Positions 9,756 to 20,326 are shown, numbered from the stretch's first letter. The stretch is 64,000 nt of DNA from Myxococcaceae bacterium (GCA_035296065.1 DATHBR010000035.1:11278-75277), one strand, 5' to 3'. Made by a program: numbers and translations. The notes: generated by a model from the letters alone, not told the origin.

Positions 9756-11336
9756 ATGAAGAAGCTGCTGGTGTTCGTCGTGCTGCTGGCCGTCGGGGCT
9801 GGAGCCGCGTACCACTTCGGCCTCCTGGACCGCCTGGGCCTGGGCGCCAACCGCGTCATCCCCAAGGATCCCAACCTGCTGGCCTACTTCGGGCCGGACT
9901 CCCGTGAGCTGCTGCTGCTGCAGGTCACCGAGCTCGACCTGCGCTTCTCCGACGAGGAACAGCGCCGCTACGAGCAGGACTGGAAGGACTTCCACGCCAA
10001 GACGGGCATCAACGTGGCCAAGGACGTGGACGCCGTCGCCCTGGCTGATGGGCTCGGCGCTGCCCGGGGCCGCTTCGACTGGAAGAAGCTCTCGGCCTAT
10101 CTGCAGACGGAGGGCTACACCCTCACCGAGCTTGCGGGCGTGCCCGGAGCCGTGAAGTCCGCCGCGCCGGATCTGGCCCTGGATGGCAATTACCTGCTCA
10201 TGGGCCCGCGGGGCACGCTGGAGCGGGCCATTGCCCGCAAGCGCCAGGGCGCCGGGCTCAATGACAACAGCGCGCTGGTGAAGGCCATTGATGAGCTGGG
10301 CTGGAAGCACTCGCTGGTGGGCGGCGTGGTGTCCGGCTCGCGCCTGGCGGACGAGAGCACCCCGTCTCAAATGAAGAAGATGCAGTCCGTGCTGGGCGCG
10401 ATTGACTCCACCGAGAGCGGCGTCGAGCTGCGCGCCATCGTCGCCACCGGCAGCAAGGAGGAGAGTGAGGCGCTGCACGCCACGCTGGAGGTGATGCGCA
10501 AGGCCATCATCCTCGAGGCCACCGTGAACCCGCTGTCCGAGACGCGCCCGCTGCGCGACCCGCTGGAGAAGGCCGTGCTGGAGGTGGATGCGCAGGGGCG
10601 CCTGCGCGGCACCATGACCATTCCCTATGCCGCGGTGGGCCAGGCCTCCGCGAACCTCTCTCCCACCCAGCTGGCCAATGCCACGCGCACCCTCGGGATG
10701 GAGAAGGAGGTGGAGTCTCCCGCGCCCTCGGCTCAGCCCTCCGCGCCCTCGCCCTCCGCGCCCTCGCCCTCCGCGCAGCCGGTGACGCCCGTGGTGGCCG
10801 CGCCCTTCACTCCGGACTGGAAGCCGCCCGTGCTGGGCCTGTTCCTGCTCGTGCTCGCGCTGATCACCAAGAGCGCCGCGGAGCGGCCAGGCCTGTTCAA
10901 CGTGCTGCTCCACCCCGTCTTCCTGGTGCCCTTCCTCGTGTCCACCCTGGGCGTGTTCGTGTTCCGGTGGACCGGGCACTCCGGTGGCATGTTCGACATC
11001 TTCTCCATGCCCATGCCCGAGTGGCACCGCTTCCTGTCCCTCGAGGTGGCCCACCCCGTGGGCCTGAGCGCCGCCATTCCCATGGTGTTCGCCATCATCT
11101 CCGGGCCCGTGCCGCTGCTGCGCCGCTTCGCCGCGGGGCTCGGAGTGGGCTTCAGCGCCTACCTCGCCGTGAAGGCGTTCGGTGGCGCCAGCGTGCCGCT
11201 CATTCCCGCCGCCTACACGCTGTATTGGTATGCCGGCAACGCGTTGGCCGCGCTGCTCATGGCCCGCATCACCCTGCCCTCGCGCCGCCGCGCTCAGTCG
11301 GGAGGGGCTGCTCGCCCGGCGCGTCCCGCGCGCTGA
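9756..11336 (+). CDS. Hypothetical membrane protein (N-terminal TM/signal, periplasmic domain, SAPSP tandem repeats, C-terminal multi-TM region)
   Basis: AAGGAG RBS and ATG at 9756. MKKLLVFVVLLAVGAGAAY N-terminus. (SAPSP)n repeat at ~10720-10790. Hydrophobic C-terminal third. Confidence 0.75.
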   Translation: MKKLLVFVVLLAVGAGAAYHFGLLDRLGLGANRVIPKDPNLLAYFGPDSRELLLLQVTELDLRFSDEEQRRYEQDWKDFHAKTGINVAKDVDAVALADGLGAARGRFDWKKLSAYLQTEGYTLTELAGVPGAVKSAAPDLALDGNYLLMGPRGTLERAIARKRQGAGLNDNSALVKAIDELGWKHSLVGGVVSGSRLADESTPSQMKKMQSVLGAIDSTESGVELRAIVATGSKEESEALHATLEVMRKAIILEATVNPLSETRPLRDPLEKAVLEVDAQGRLRGTMTIPYAAVGQASANLSPTQLANATRTLGMEKEVESPAPSAQPSAPSPSAPSPSAQPVTPVVAAPFTPDWKPPVLGLFLLVLALITKSAAERPGLFNVLLHPVFLVPFLVSTLGVFVFRWTGHSGGMFDIFSMPMPEWHRFLSLEVAHPVGLSAAIPMVFAIISGPVPLLRRFAAGLGVGFSAYLAVKAFGGASVPLIPAAYTLYWYAGNALAALLMARITLPSRRRAQSGGAARPARPAR

Positions 11337-11354
11337 AGCGAGGGCAAAAAAAGA

Positions 11355-11397
11355 GCACTGCCCACGTCACCGGTCGGGAGAGCAACGTGGGCAGTGC
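11355..11397. terminator. Bidirectional intrinsic terminator-like hairpin between convergent genes
   Basis: Perfect 12-bp inverted repeat GCACTGCCCACG ... CGTGGGCAGTGC with an 18-nt loop. An A-run lies on one side and a T-rich stretch on the other. Confidence 0.6.
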
Positions 11398-11487
11398 GTA
11401 GGTGCTATAGGTATTGAGATTTTCGCAAGGGCCCGCTCGAAGTTGCGTGCCCCGGAAATCCCCAGGAAGTACCCCGGCTTGGCGCGA

Positions 11488-12645
11488 TCAGCGGTCCACG
11501 CTCCAGGCCTGCTCCACCAGCGCTTCCAGTGAGTGCGGCAGCTCCTGCCAGCCCCTGGCCACCGTGGTTCCCATGGTGCGCCGGCGGATGAAGGTGCGCA
11601 GCACGTCGCGCACCCGGTTGGCCTCCAGCCCCTGGGGCAGCTTCTCCGCCCGGTGCGCCCGATCTCTCAGCCGCTCCCACGCCCCCTCTCCCAGGGGGGC
11701 CGGCTCGTCCGCCTTGTCCGGCCGCAGGGTTCGCCACAGCTCGTGCGCCAGCTCCAGCAGCCCCGCCCTCGCGTCACTCACCGTCGCCGAGGCCGCCAGC
11801 CGCGCCTCCGGCTCCCGCTCCCGCGCGCACAGCCAGCACGCCAGCTCCAGCCGCTCTGCCTCTGACGGCGTCAGCGGGAAGAACTGCGCGCGCACGATCG
11901 CCTCCAGCCGCTTGCGTGCCGCAACGCGCCAATGCTCCGCGTGCACCAGCTGCTCCGGGCCCGTGCGCGGCGGGTGCGCCGGAGCCCACTGCGCCCGCTT
12001 GCGCAGCTCGCCCGCCAGGCCTCCTGTCCGGTCCACCCGCGCCAGCCGGGACCAGGCCGCCGCCAACACCGCCTCTCCCCTCGCCCACTCCCGCCGAAGC
12101 GCCTCTCCCTGCTCGGCCGTCCAGGGCAGCCTCGCCTCCGGATCCACCTCCTGGGCGAAGAGCGACTCCAGCAGCCGGCCAAACCCTGCCAGCTCCCTCA
12201 CCGTGGGCAGCGTCTCCGGCAGCAGCTCCAGCGCCGTGGCCTCGCGCTGCGCCGGCAGCACCTCTCGTGGCATGAGGAGGATCCGCTCCTCCAGCGCCCG
12301 CATCAGCTCGGTGAGCGGCTCGTCCTCGCGGCGGGTGAGCCGCTGGGCCAGGCTCTTCGCCAGCTTCTGCCGCTGCGCCTGCACGTCTTTGAGCCCCACC
12401 ACCGTGGGGCTGCGCGTGGGCCAGCTCTCCGCCTGGGCCCGGCGCAAGGCCGCGCTCAGCGTCTCGTCCACCTTTGGCTGGGCCTCCAGCGCCTGGCGCA
12501 GCAGCCCCAGCTCCTGGCGCGCGCGCTCCTCCCAGCCCCGCGCGCCGAGCCACTCCCACAGCTTGCGGTAGCGCAGCTGCGCGGCCTCCAGCAGCTCCGC
12601 CCGGCCCTCCAGACGCAGCCGGTACTCGTCCACGGGCCGTCCCAT
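11488..12645 (-). CDS. Hypothetical protein (helical, E/R/L/A-rich)
   Basis: 385-aa ORF with protein-like composition. The overlapping plus-strand ORFs are S/R/A-rich shadows. A terminator hairpin lies just downstream. Confidence 0.6.
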   Translation of the reverse strand: MGRPVDEYRLRLEGRAELLEAAQLRYRKLWEWLGARGWEERARQELGLLRQALEAQPKVDETLSAALRRAQAESWPTRSPTVVGLKDVQAQRQKLAKSLAQRLTRREDEPLTELMRALEERILLMPREVLPAQREATALELLPETLPTVRELAGFGRLLESLFAQEVDPEARLPWTAEQGEALRREWARGEAVLAAAWSRLARVDRTGGLAGELRKRAQWAPAHPPRTGPEQLVHAEHWRVAARKRLEAIVRAQFFPLTPSEAERLELACWLCAREREPEARLAASATVSDARAGLLELAHELWRTLRPDKADEPAPLGEGAWERLRDRAHRAEKLPQGLEANRVRDVLRTFIRRRTMGTTVARGWQELPHSLEALVEQAWSVDR

Positions 12646-12669
12646 CTCCGCGCGCTCTTGCCCCGCCGC

Positions 12670-13992
12670 TCAGGGCTGGCCGAGCACCTCCAGCGCCGCG
12701 GCCGTCAGCGCCGTCACCCCGGTGCGCAGCGTGCGCTCCCGGTCCGGCGCGAACACCCCCGAGTGCAGCGAGGGCAGCGTCGCCCCTGCCTTCTGCGCCT
12801 GCTGGTGCTTGGCCGGCTCCACCGTGCCAATCCACAGCAGCGAGGCCGGCACTCCCGCGCGCCCGTACTCGGAGAAGTCCTCTCCGCCCATCACCGGCGT
12901 AGCCTCCTTCACGTTCTGCGGCCCCAGCACCCGGCTCACCGCGCCGACGATGCGCCGCGTCAGCTCCGGATCATTATACGTGGCTGGAGTGCCCTCGATG
13001 ATGGACACCTCGGGCGGGCGCGGCGAGCCGGCCGACAGGGACTCTCCCTTGGCGATGCGCTCGATGGCCGCGAGGATCCGCTCGCGCACCTCGGGCTTGT
13101 ACGTGCGCACGGTGAGCTGCAGCTTCGCCTCGTCCGCGATGATGTTGTGCTTGGTGCCCGCGTGCAGCGAGCCCACCGTCACCACCGCGGGCTCCAGCGG
13201 GTTGCGCTCCCGGCTGACGATGGACTGCAGCGCCACCACGTACCGCGCCGCCAGCAGCACCGGATCCACCGTGGTGTGCGGGTAGGCCCCGTGGCCGCCC
13301 TTGCCGTAGAGCGTCACGTCCACCGAGTCCACGCTCGCCAGGGCGAAGCCCGGCACGTACTCCACCGTGCCAGCGGCCGCCGTGGACGAGTTGTGCACCG
13401 CCAGCGCGAAGTCCGGCTTGGGGAAGCGCTTGAAGAGCCCCGCGTCGAGCATCGCCCGCGCCCCGTCGCCCCGCTCCTCCGCCGGCTGGCCCACCATCAT
13501 CACCGTGCCCTTCCAGCGATCCTTCGACTTCGCCAGCAGCGAGGCCACGCCCACCCACACGGACATGTGCATGTCATGCCCGCAGGCGTGCATCACCGGC
13601 ACCGTCTTGCCCTCGGGATCCTTGGCTGTCACCTTGCTGGCGTAGGGCAGCCCCGTCTTCTCCTCCACCGGCAGCGCGTCCATGTCCGCGCGCACCATCA
13701 CCGTGGGCCCCGGGCCGTTGCGCAACAGGCCCACCACGCCGTGCCCGCCCACCTTCTGCGTCACCTCGAAGCCCAGCGCGCGCAGCTTCGCCGCCAGCTT
13801 CGCCGCCGTCTTCTCCTCGTTCATCGACAGCTCGGGCGTCTGGTGCAGATCCCGGTAGAGCGTGTCCAGCTCCGGGTAGAGGCTCTCCAGTCCCTGGAGC
13901 ACCCGAGGCGCCGAGCCTGCTGGCTCCGCGGCGAGCGCACCACTACCAACCATGAGAACAGTGAGGGCCAACCAGGTAGACCGTCGAGACAC
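12670..13992 (-). CDS. M20 family amidohydrolase (aminoacylase / hippurate hydrolase-like), secreted
   Basis: Signal peptide, MHACGHDMH metal-binding region, 440 aa. Confidence 0.9.
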   Translation of the reverse strand: MSRRSTWLALTVLMVGSGALAAEPAGSAPRVLQGLESLYPELDTLYRDLHQTPELSMNEEKTAAKLAAKLRALGFEVTQKVGGHGVVGLLRNGPGPTVMVRADMDALPVEEKTGLPYASKVTAKDPEGKTVPVMHACGHDMHMSVWVGVASLLAKSKDRWKGTVMMVGQPAEERGDGARAMLDAGLFKRFPKPDFALAVHNSSTAAAGTVEYVPGFALASVDSVDVTLYGKGGHGAYPHTTVDPVLLAARYVVALQSIVSRERNPLEPAVVTVGSLHAGTKHNIIADEAKLQLTVRTYKPEVRERILAAIERIAKGESLSAGSPRPPEVSIIEGTPATYNDPELTRRIVGAVSRVLGPQNVKEATPVMGGEDFSEYGRAGVPASLLWIGTVEPAKHQQAQKAGATLPSLHSGVFAPDRERTLRTGVTALTAAALEVLGQP

Positions 13993-14116
13993 GCTTCCTC
14001 CGTTTGCGCGGCAAGGGGGCGTGATTACACCACAGCGTTCGCCTCCGGGCGCGAGCGGCGCGACACCGCCCCGCCTCTATTTCACCGGTAGTCCGGTTGC
14101 AGTACCGTGTGCGGCC

Positions 14117-15067
14117 ATGCGCCATTGGTGGGTCCTGTGTCTGCTTCCCGTGCTGGCCTGGGCCGAGCCCCTGAAGCTCGCCGTGCCCGGCCTCACCGTC
14201 GTGGACATGAATGAGCAGCAGGCCAGCTTCCTGTCCGAGCACCTGTCGCAGCAGCTGTCCGACGAGGGGGCCGAGGTGGCCAACGCGCAGGATCTCACCG
14301 TGCTGCTGGGCCTGGAGCGCCAGCGCCAGCTGCTGGGGTGCACCGGCCGCAAGTGCGCCACCGCGCTCACCGACGCGGTCGACGTGGACGCCCTGGTGCT
14401 GGGCGATATCGCCAAGCTGCCCAAGGACCGCTACCAGCTCAACCTGCGCATGCTGGACTCGACCAAGGGCACGCGCGTGAAGACCTATAGCCGGCGCGTG
14501 GCGGGCTACGAGGCGCTGCTCGATGAAATCGAGAAGGCGTCCAAGCAGCTGGTGACCGCGGGTAACAAGAAGTTCGGGCGAACCTCCGTTGCGGTGGTGA
14601 AGCCGCCGCCGCCGCCCGTGGAGGAGCCGCCTCCGCCGCCCGTGGTGGAGCAGCCTCCGCCTCCTCCGCCCGAGCCCGTGGTGAAGCCGGAGCCCGCTCC
14701 GTGTCCTCCGCCTTCTGCTCCGGTGAAGTACGAGGTGCGGGGTGGTGGAGCGCGTCGGTGGGCCTGGGTGCCCGCTACCGTGGGGGGCATCGCCCTGGGC
14801 GGCGGGCTCGTGTTCTGGAGCACCTCGGAGGCGAAGTACCAGCAGCTCAAGGATGGCATGTCCCGCCCGCCGAAGGACTCGGAGAAGCTCAAAGTGGATG
14901 GCGAGCGTGAGCAGACCCTGGCCCGGGTGGGCGTGGGCGTGGGTAGCGCGCTGGTAGTGACGGGCGTCGCCATGCTCATCTTCGGAGATCCGCCGGCCGC
15001 GGTGCCACAGGTGGCCGTGGGCAAGGATCAGGTCTCGCTGGGGTTCGCGGGAGAGCTGCCATGGTGA
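14117..15067 (+). CDS. Hypothetical secreted/membrane protein with proline-rich linker and C-terminal TM
   Basis: Internal start MRHWWVLCLLPVLAWA (signal peptide). PPPPVEEPPPPP linker. Its stop overlaps the next start (ATGGTGA). Confidence 0.7.
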   Translation: MRHWWVLCLLPVLAWAEPLKLAVPGLTVVDMNEQQASFLSEHLSQQLSDEGAEVANAQDLTVLLGLERQRQLLGCTGRKCATALTDAVDVDALVLGDIAKLPKDRYQLNLRMLDSTKGTRVKTYSRRVAGYEALLDEIEKASKQLVTAGNKKFGRTSVAVVKPPPPPVEEPPPPPVVEQPPPPPPEPVVKPEPAPCPPPSAPVKYEVRGGGARRWAWVPATVGGIALGGGLVFWSTSEAKYQQLKDGMSRPPKDSEKLKVDGEREQTLARVGVGVGSALVVTGVAMLIFGDPPAAVPQVAVGKDQVSLGFAGELPW

Positions 15068-16743
15068 GTCTCCGGGGCCTGAAACGCGGCGGGTGGTGGG
15101 CAGGAGTGCTCTTCCTGCTGGCGCTCTCGGGCTGCCGGATCTTCGAGGTGCCGGAGCTGACGTGTGAGAAGGACAGCGAGTGGATAGGTCCCTGTCCTGT
15201 TGACCCTGTTGACCCTGGCGATGGGGATGACGGCGGTGGGACGGGCACGGACGGCGGCGGCACTGGCACGGACGACGGTGGCACCGGCACAGACGGTGGT
15301 ACTGGCACGGACGGTGGTACTGGCACAGACGGTGGTGCTGGCACGGACGGCGGTACTGGCACGGACGGCGGTACTGGCACGGACGGCGGCATCACGCCTG
15401 ATGCGGGCACAAGGGTTGATGCGGGCACCGGCGTTGATGCGGGCACCGGCGTTGATGCGGGCACCGGGGTTGATGCAGGCGCCGGGGTTGATGCGGGCAC
15501 CCGCGTTGACGCGGGCACCGGCGTTGATGCGGGCTCAGGCACAGACGGCGGCCCAGGCACAGACGGCGGCCCTGAGACGGACGGTGGCGAGTCGGACGGT
15601 GGCGAAACGGACGGTGGCGAGTCGGACGGTGGCGAGTCGGACGGTGGCGAAACGGACGGTGGCGGACCAGACGGTGGGCTCGGCTTCGACGGTGGCTCTG
15701 TCGTTAGGGACGCAGGTCCTCTGCCCAGCACGAACGACGGTGGACTCATCACTCCCGAGCTTCCTATCGGCGCCTGCGCCGAGGACCTGTGCCTGCGCCA
15801 CAAGTACGCGCTCAGCTCCGCGAGTGACGGCTTCAACGGCCTGTGGATCTTCGATCCTTATGACGTCTACCTGGCCCACACCGAGGGCGCTCAGGTCGTG
15901 AAGTTCAACGACGGCTTCGCGCCCACTGCGCCCATGGGCACCCAGCCCTACCAGCTCCACGGCACCACGCCGGACAACCTCTGGGCCATCAGCCCCGCTC
16001 AATCCGGGCCTGGCCTGTCTCCGGTCTCCCGCTTCGATGGCTACAGCTGGGCCGCCATTCCCGTGCCCAACACAGGCCCGTCCATCCGGCCTCCCGCGCT
16101 CTTCACCGGGCCCGAGGCCACCTGGGTCGCCGGCTCGCACGGTGGCGCCCTGCGCTGGGATGGCGCCACCTGGCGCTCCGAGCCTCCCGCCGGCACCGCC
16201 CGGGGCAACATCCAGGCCTTCTGGAGCAACACCCCCGAGCCGCTGTTCGCCGTGGGCGGCGTCAGCTCCACTGAACTCTCCGCCGAGCTTGGCGCCTACT
16301 GGCAGCGCCTGGCCAATGGCACCTGGGCCGGCCCCACTCCCATCACCTTCGCCCCCACGCTGCGTGCCATCTCCGGCCCGGGCGCCGAGCACCTCTACGC
16401 CGTGGGCGGCCAGGCCGTGCTGCGGTGGACCGGTACCGCCTGGGCTCCCGAGTCCCTGCCCACCACCCTGCCGCCGGACTGCAAGCTCTCCGAGGCCCAG
16501 GACGTGTGGGTAAAGTGGGACGGCAGTGACGTGTGGGTCACCTTCGATACGGCGTGTGTCCTGCGCAAGAAGGACGGTGTCTGGTCCGCGAAGCTGCTGC
16601 CCGTGCCCGCTTCCTTCCAGGCGCGGCAGGTGGAAGGCTTCAACGAGGCGGATGGCACGGTGGACCTGTGGCTCACCGGCTACCAGGCCCAGGGCCTCAC
16701 TCGGGGCGCCGCCGCGTACCACTTCACCCTCACCGTGCAGTAG
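15061..16743 (+). CDS. Lipoprotein with low-complexity tandem repeats ((GTGTDGG)n, (DAGTGV)n, (DGGE[ST])n) and C-terminal W-rich beta-propeller-like repeats
   Basis: Lipobox LLALSGC. C-terminal LRWDGATW / LRWTGTAW repeats resemble those in the ORF at 41131-42966. Confidence 0.8.
   Translation: MVSLRGLKRGGWWAGVLFLLALSGCRIFEVPELTCEKDSEWIGPCPVDPVDPGDGDDGGGTGTDGGGTGTDDGGTGTDGGTGTDGGTGTDGGAGTDGGTGTDGGTGTDGGITPDAGTRVDAGTGVDAGTGVDAGTGVDAGAGVDAGTRVDAGTGVDAGSGTDGGPGTDGGPETDGGESDGGETDGGESDGGESDGGETDGGGPDGGLGFDGGSVVRDAGPLPSTNDGGLITPELPIGACAEDLCLRHKYALSSASDGFNGLWIFDPYDVYLAHTEGAQVVKFNDGFAPTAPMGTQPYQLHGTTPDNLWAISPAQSGPGLSPVSRFDGYSWAAIPVPNTGPSIRPPALFTGPEATWVAGSHGGALRWDGATWRSEPPAGTARGNIQAFWSNTPEPLFAVGGVSSTELSAELGAYWQRLANGTWAGPTPITFAPTLRAISGPGAEHLYAVGGQAVLRWTGTAWAPESLPTTLPPDCKLSEAQDVWVKWDGSDVWVTFDTACVLRKKDGVWSAKLLPVPASFQARQVEGFNEADGTVDLWLTGYQAQGLTRGAAAYHFTLTVQ
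15230..15700. repeat. In-frame coding tandem repeats (21-, 18- and 15-bp periods)
   Basis: Repeated ggcacggacggcggtactggc, gatgcgggcaccggcgtt and gacggtggcgagtcg units. Confidence 0.8.
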
Positions 16744-16762
16744 CCGCCTCTCGAGGAGCCCC

Positions 16763-18395
16763 GATGCTCGCAGGCCGGATGATGGACTTTCCGCTCACGC
16801 TGACCCACTTTCTGGAGCGGGCAAGGACGATTCACAGCGCCTCGGAGATTGTCAGCCGCCGGCCGGATCGCTCGCTGCACCGCTATACCTTCGCGGACTT
16901 TCACCGCCGCGCCAGCCGGCTCGCCAACGCCCTGGTCCGGCTGGGGGTGAAGCCGGGAGACCGCATCGCCTCGCTGTGCTGGAACCACCACCAGCACCTG
17001 GAGCTCTACTTCGCCGTGCCCGCCATGGGCGCGGTGATCCACACGCTCAACCTGCGCCTGCACCCGAAGGACCTGGGTTACATCGCCCACCACGCGGGCG
17101 ACCGCATCCTCGTGGTGGACCGCTCGCTGCTGCCGCTGTTCGAGAAGTTCCAGGCGGAGGTGCCCTCCATCGAGCACGTCATCGTCGTGCCTGACGACGG
17201 CCCCGCGCCCAGCGGGCGGCTGGACTACGAGCAGCTGCTGGCGGCCGAGCCGGACACCTTCGACTTCCCCGCGCTCGAGGAGCGCACCGCGGCGATGCTC
17301 TGTTACACCTCGGGCACCACCGGCAACCCCAAGGGCGTGCTCTACAGCCACCGCTCCATCGTGCTGCACACCCTGGCCTCGTGCATGGGCGACGTGCTGG
17401 GGGTGTGTGAGTCGGACGTGGTGCTGCCCGTGGTGCCCATGTTCCACGCGGCCGCCTGGGGCCTGCCCTTCGACGCGCTGGCCACCGGTGCCAGGATCGT
17501 CATGCCCGGGCCGCACCTGGATCCCCCCTCGCTGCTGGAGCTGATGGCCCAGGAGCGCGTCACCCTGGCTGGCGGCGTGCCCACCATCTGGCTGGGCATC
17601 CTGGCGCTGCTGGACCAGAAGCCCCGGGGCTGGGACCTGAGCGCCATGCGCTCGATGATCATCGGCGGCTCGGCGGCGCCGCCCGCGCTGATTGACGGCT
17701 TCCTCAAGCGGCACGGGCTGCTGGTGACGCACGCGTGGGGCATGTCCGAGATGAACCCGCTGGGCACGGTGGCCCGGCTCAAGCGCCACCACGCGGGCGC
17801 GGATGACGCGACGAAGCTGGCCCTGCGCGCCAGCCAGGGCTACCCGGTGCCCTTCGTGGATCAGCGCCACGTGAGCGACACGGGCCAGGTGCTGCCCTGG
17901 GACGGCAAGACGATGGGCGAGCTCGAGGTGCGCGGCCCGTGGGTGGCCTCGTCCTACTTCGGAGACGAGGGCAAGGACCGCTTCACCCAGGACGGCTGGT
18001 TCAAGACGGGCGACGTCGTCACCATCGACGCCGAGGGCTACGTGCGCATCACCGACCGGTCCAAGGACGTCATCAAATCCGGCGGAGAGTGGATCAGCTC
18101 CGTGGCGCTGGAGAACGCGCTGATGGCGCACCCGGCGGTGCTCGAGGCCGCCGTGTTCGCCGGGCGCCACCCCAAGTGGGACGAGCGGCCGCTGGCGGCG
18201 GTGGTGCTCAAGCCGGGGCAGTCCGCCACGCGGCAGGAGCTGACAGCCCACCTGGAGAAGCACTTCGCGAGTTGGTGGCTGCCGGATGCCTTCCTCTTCG
18301 TGCCGCAGATTCCCCGCACCTCCACCGGCAAGTTCCTCAAGACGAAGCTGCGCGAGGACTTTGGCGACCACCTGATGAAGCAGCCGGCGGAGTAG
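16763..18395 (+). CDS. AMP-dependent acyl-CoA synthetase (fatty-acid--CoA ligase)
   Basis: AMP-binding motif [15 protein letters not shown]-terminal GEW...K motifs, ~544 aa. Confidence 0.9.
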
Positions 18396-18404
18396 GAGTA
18401 GCCT

Positions 18405-18626
18405 GTGCCCATGTCCGCGCTCACGGATCACGCGGGGCTTGCCCCGGAGCTGCTCGCCTCGCTGAAGGCCGAGCTCGACGGGCTGTCGATCCTCCAGGAG
18501 GTGCTCCGGTGGGGCTTCTCCCAGTCACCGCCCAGTGACGTGGCTAGCGTCGTCATCCAGGACGAGTTCACCCACGATGTCGTCCTGCCCTGGCGGCACC
18601 TCTACCTGGTGTTCGACACCACCTGA
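18405..18626 (+). CDS. Small hypothetical protein (73 aa); coding-like sequence continues in-frame after its TGA
   Basis: Starts 10 nt after the ligase stop. Unknown function. Confidence 0.35.
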   Translation: MPMSALTDHAGLAPELLASLKAELDGLSILQEVLRWGFSQSPPSDVASVVIQDEFTHDVVLPWRHLYLVFDTT

Positions 18627-18805
18627 CTGGGCGGGGTGAACTCGGTCTCCGTGTGGGACCACCTACCTACCGCGGATGAGCTGCTGGACGCCCGGCTGGC
18701 GGCGGGCTGGGCACCGGTGCCCACCTCCACCCGCGAGGGTGACGTCATCCTGGGCCACGCGGCCTGCCGGGTGCCGGCACGCCGCTAGGCTCTTGCTGCC
18801 CAGGC

Positions 18806-20152
18806 TCAGTTGTTGGGCGCGCCCGCGATGATCCAGGAACGGATGCGGGTGACGAGGCCCGGGTTGGTAACGAAGAAGGTGGGGTTGTTGCGCGGCATCC
18901 GGTTGCCACAGTCCGTGCCGCTGATCTTCCTCACCAGCGACGAGGAGTCCGGCTGGAGGGGCCTCACGCGCCGCAGTGTGTTGCACGTGGCGTTGACGCT
19001 GTTCACGTTGACGAGACTGGCGTAGGAACTGCCCTGCAGCAGGTTCAAGCTTCCACTGGGCGAGGTGGCGCCGTGGCAGCTCGTGCACGCCTGGTTCCAG
19101 ATGGACTGAATGTGCGCACCGTAGGCAGGCACGGTGATGCCCACGTTCAATGTGCGCGTGACGGAGGCCACTCCGTCGGACACCACCACCTGCACCTGCA
19201 CGGTGCGCGTGCTGTTGGCGATGACCTCGCCCGAGCGCCAGCTGGCGGCGGAGGTGGTGCCGTTAGTGAAGGCGCCCACGCCCGTGGGGTTCGTCCTCCA
19301 GGAGTACGTCAGCGCATCCCCATCCGGATCCGTGGCGCCAATGGACACGGCAATGGAGTCACCCGAAACGACCGTGGTAGGCCCGGCAATGGTGGCATCC
19401 ACCGTAGGCGCGCGGTTGGCGGCGGCGACATTGGCCACCGTCAGCTCCACCGGAGACACCGTGGAGCCTCCCCTGCCATCGGTGACGGTGACCTGGAGCG
19501 TGAAGACCGTCTGCGTGGACAGCAGCGGCGCGGTCCACGTGGGGGTGGGCGCGGCCGCATCGTCGAATGCGCCCTGCGGGGAGGCGGGCGAGACCTGGCT
19601 CCAGGCATAGCTGAGCGTGTCTACATCGGGATCGCTCGCCGTCACTTCCAGAGCCGCGCCCTGCCCTTCATTGACGGCCGGGTTGGAGGCCCTCGCGGAA
19701 GCCACGGGCGGCCGGTTGGCCACGCCCACCGAGAAGGCAATGGGCGCCGAGACGCTGGTGTTGCCCGCGCCATCCAGCGCGGCGGCCGTGAGCTGATAGG
19801 ACCCGAGCGGTAGCCGGCTCGCATCCCACACACATGAGAAGGTGGCCCCGGAGTCCCGGGCCTGGTTGTCCGCACACGCCTGCTCGCCTGAGGCATAGAA
19901 GACCACTTTGGCCACGCGTCCGGAGTCATCCTCCGCGATCGCCTCCAGTTTGCGCTGGCCCGAGATGAACTCCCCCGCCATCACCCCGCCGGTGATCTCG
20001 ATGCGCCCCGGCGCCACGAGATCCTCATTCGGCGGAGGCGGCTCTTCCGGATCCGAGCCACAGCTCATCCACCCCAGCCCCAGCACCACCACCGCGCCGG
20101 ACAACATGCGAGCGGCCCACTGAGACAGGGGAGCGCGCCTGGACTCGTGCAT
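18806..20152 (-). CDS. Lipoprotein with PKD/Ig-like repeats and C-terminal cytochrome c (CxxCH) domain
   Basis: Lipobox LGWMSC. Repeated DPDVDTLSYAW / DPDGDALTYSW modules. C-terminal IWNQACTSCHG heme-binding motif. Confidence 0.8.
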   Translation of the reverse strand: MHESRRAPLSQWAARMLSGAVVVLGLGWMSCGSDPEEPPPPNEDLVAPGRIEITGGVMAGEFISGQRKLEAIAEDDSGRVAKVVFYASGEQACADNQARDSGATFSCVWDASRLPLGSYQLTAAALDGAGNTSVSAPIAFSVGVANRPPVASARASNPAVNEGQGAALEVTASDPDVDTLSYAWSQVSPASPQGAFDDAAAPTPTWTAPLLSTQTVFTLQVTVTDGRGGSTVSPVELTVANVAAANRAPTVDATIAGPTTVVSGDSIAVSIGATDPDGDALTYSWRTNPTGVGAFTNGTTSAASWRSGEVIANSTRTVQVQVVVSDGVASVTRTLNVGITVPAYGAHIQSIWNQACTSCHGATSPSGSLNLLQGSSYASLVNVNSVNATCNTLRRVRPLQPDSSSLVRKISGTDCGNRMPRNNPTFFVTNPGLVTRIRSWIIAGAPNN

Positions 20153-20326
20153 GATTCTTCCTCCGTGGAGACACGCAGGCTCTAACACATCCCCGCAGTG
20201 CCCCCCTATGAGGGGGCTCGTTGGGGCTCAAGCCATCCTTCCAGGGATGACGCATCAGGTCACCCCCCGGTCCCCGCCCTGGCACCGGGTGGCCGCGGCG
20301 GCCCGGGTGCTGCACAATCACGGGCG

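Noticed and set aside
11932-14091. 719-aa plus-strand ORF, plus the overlapping 11414-12571 and 11774-12835 ORFs
   Set aside because: These are shadow frames of the hypothetical gene (11488-12645) and the M20 amidohydrolase. They have R/Q/L/H- or S-rich nonsense composition.
15230-15700. Tandem repeats considered as CRISPR or a mobile-element remnant
   Set aside because: They are contiguous in-frame coding repeats ((GTGTDGG)n etc.) inside a lipoprotein gene.
18624-18626. In-frame TGA as a second selenocysteine site
   Set aside because: No stem-loop at the expected 11-12 nt spacing. No known selenoprotein family resemblance.
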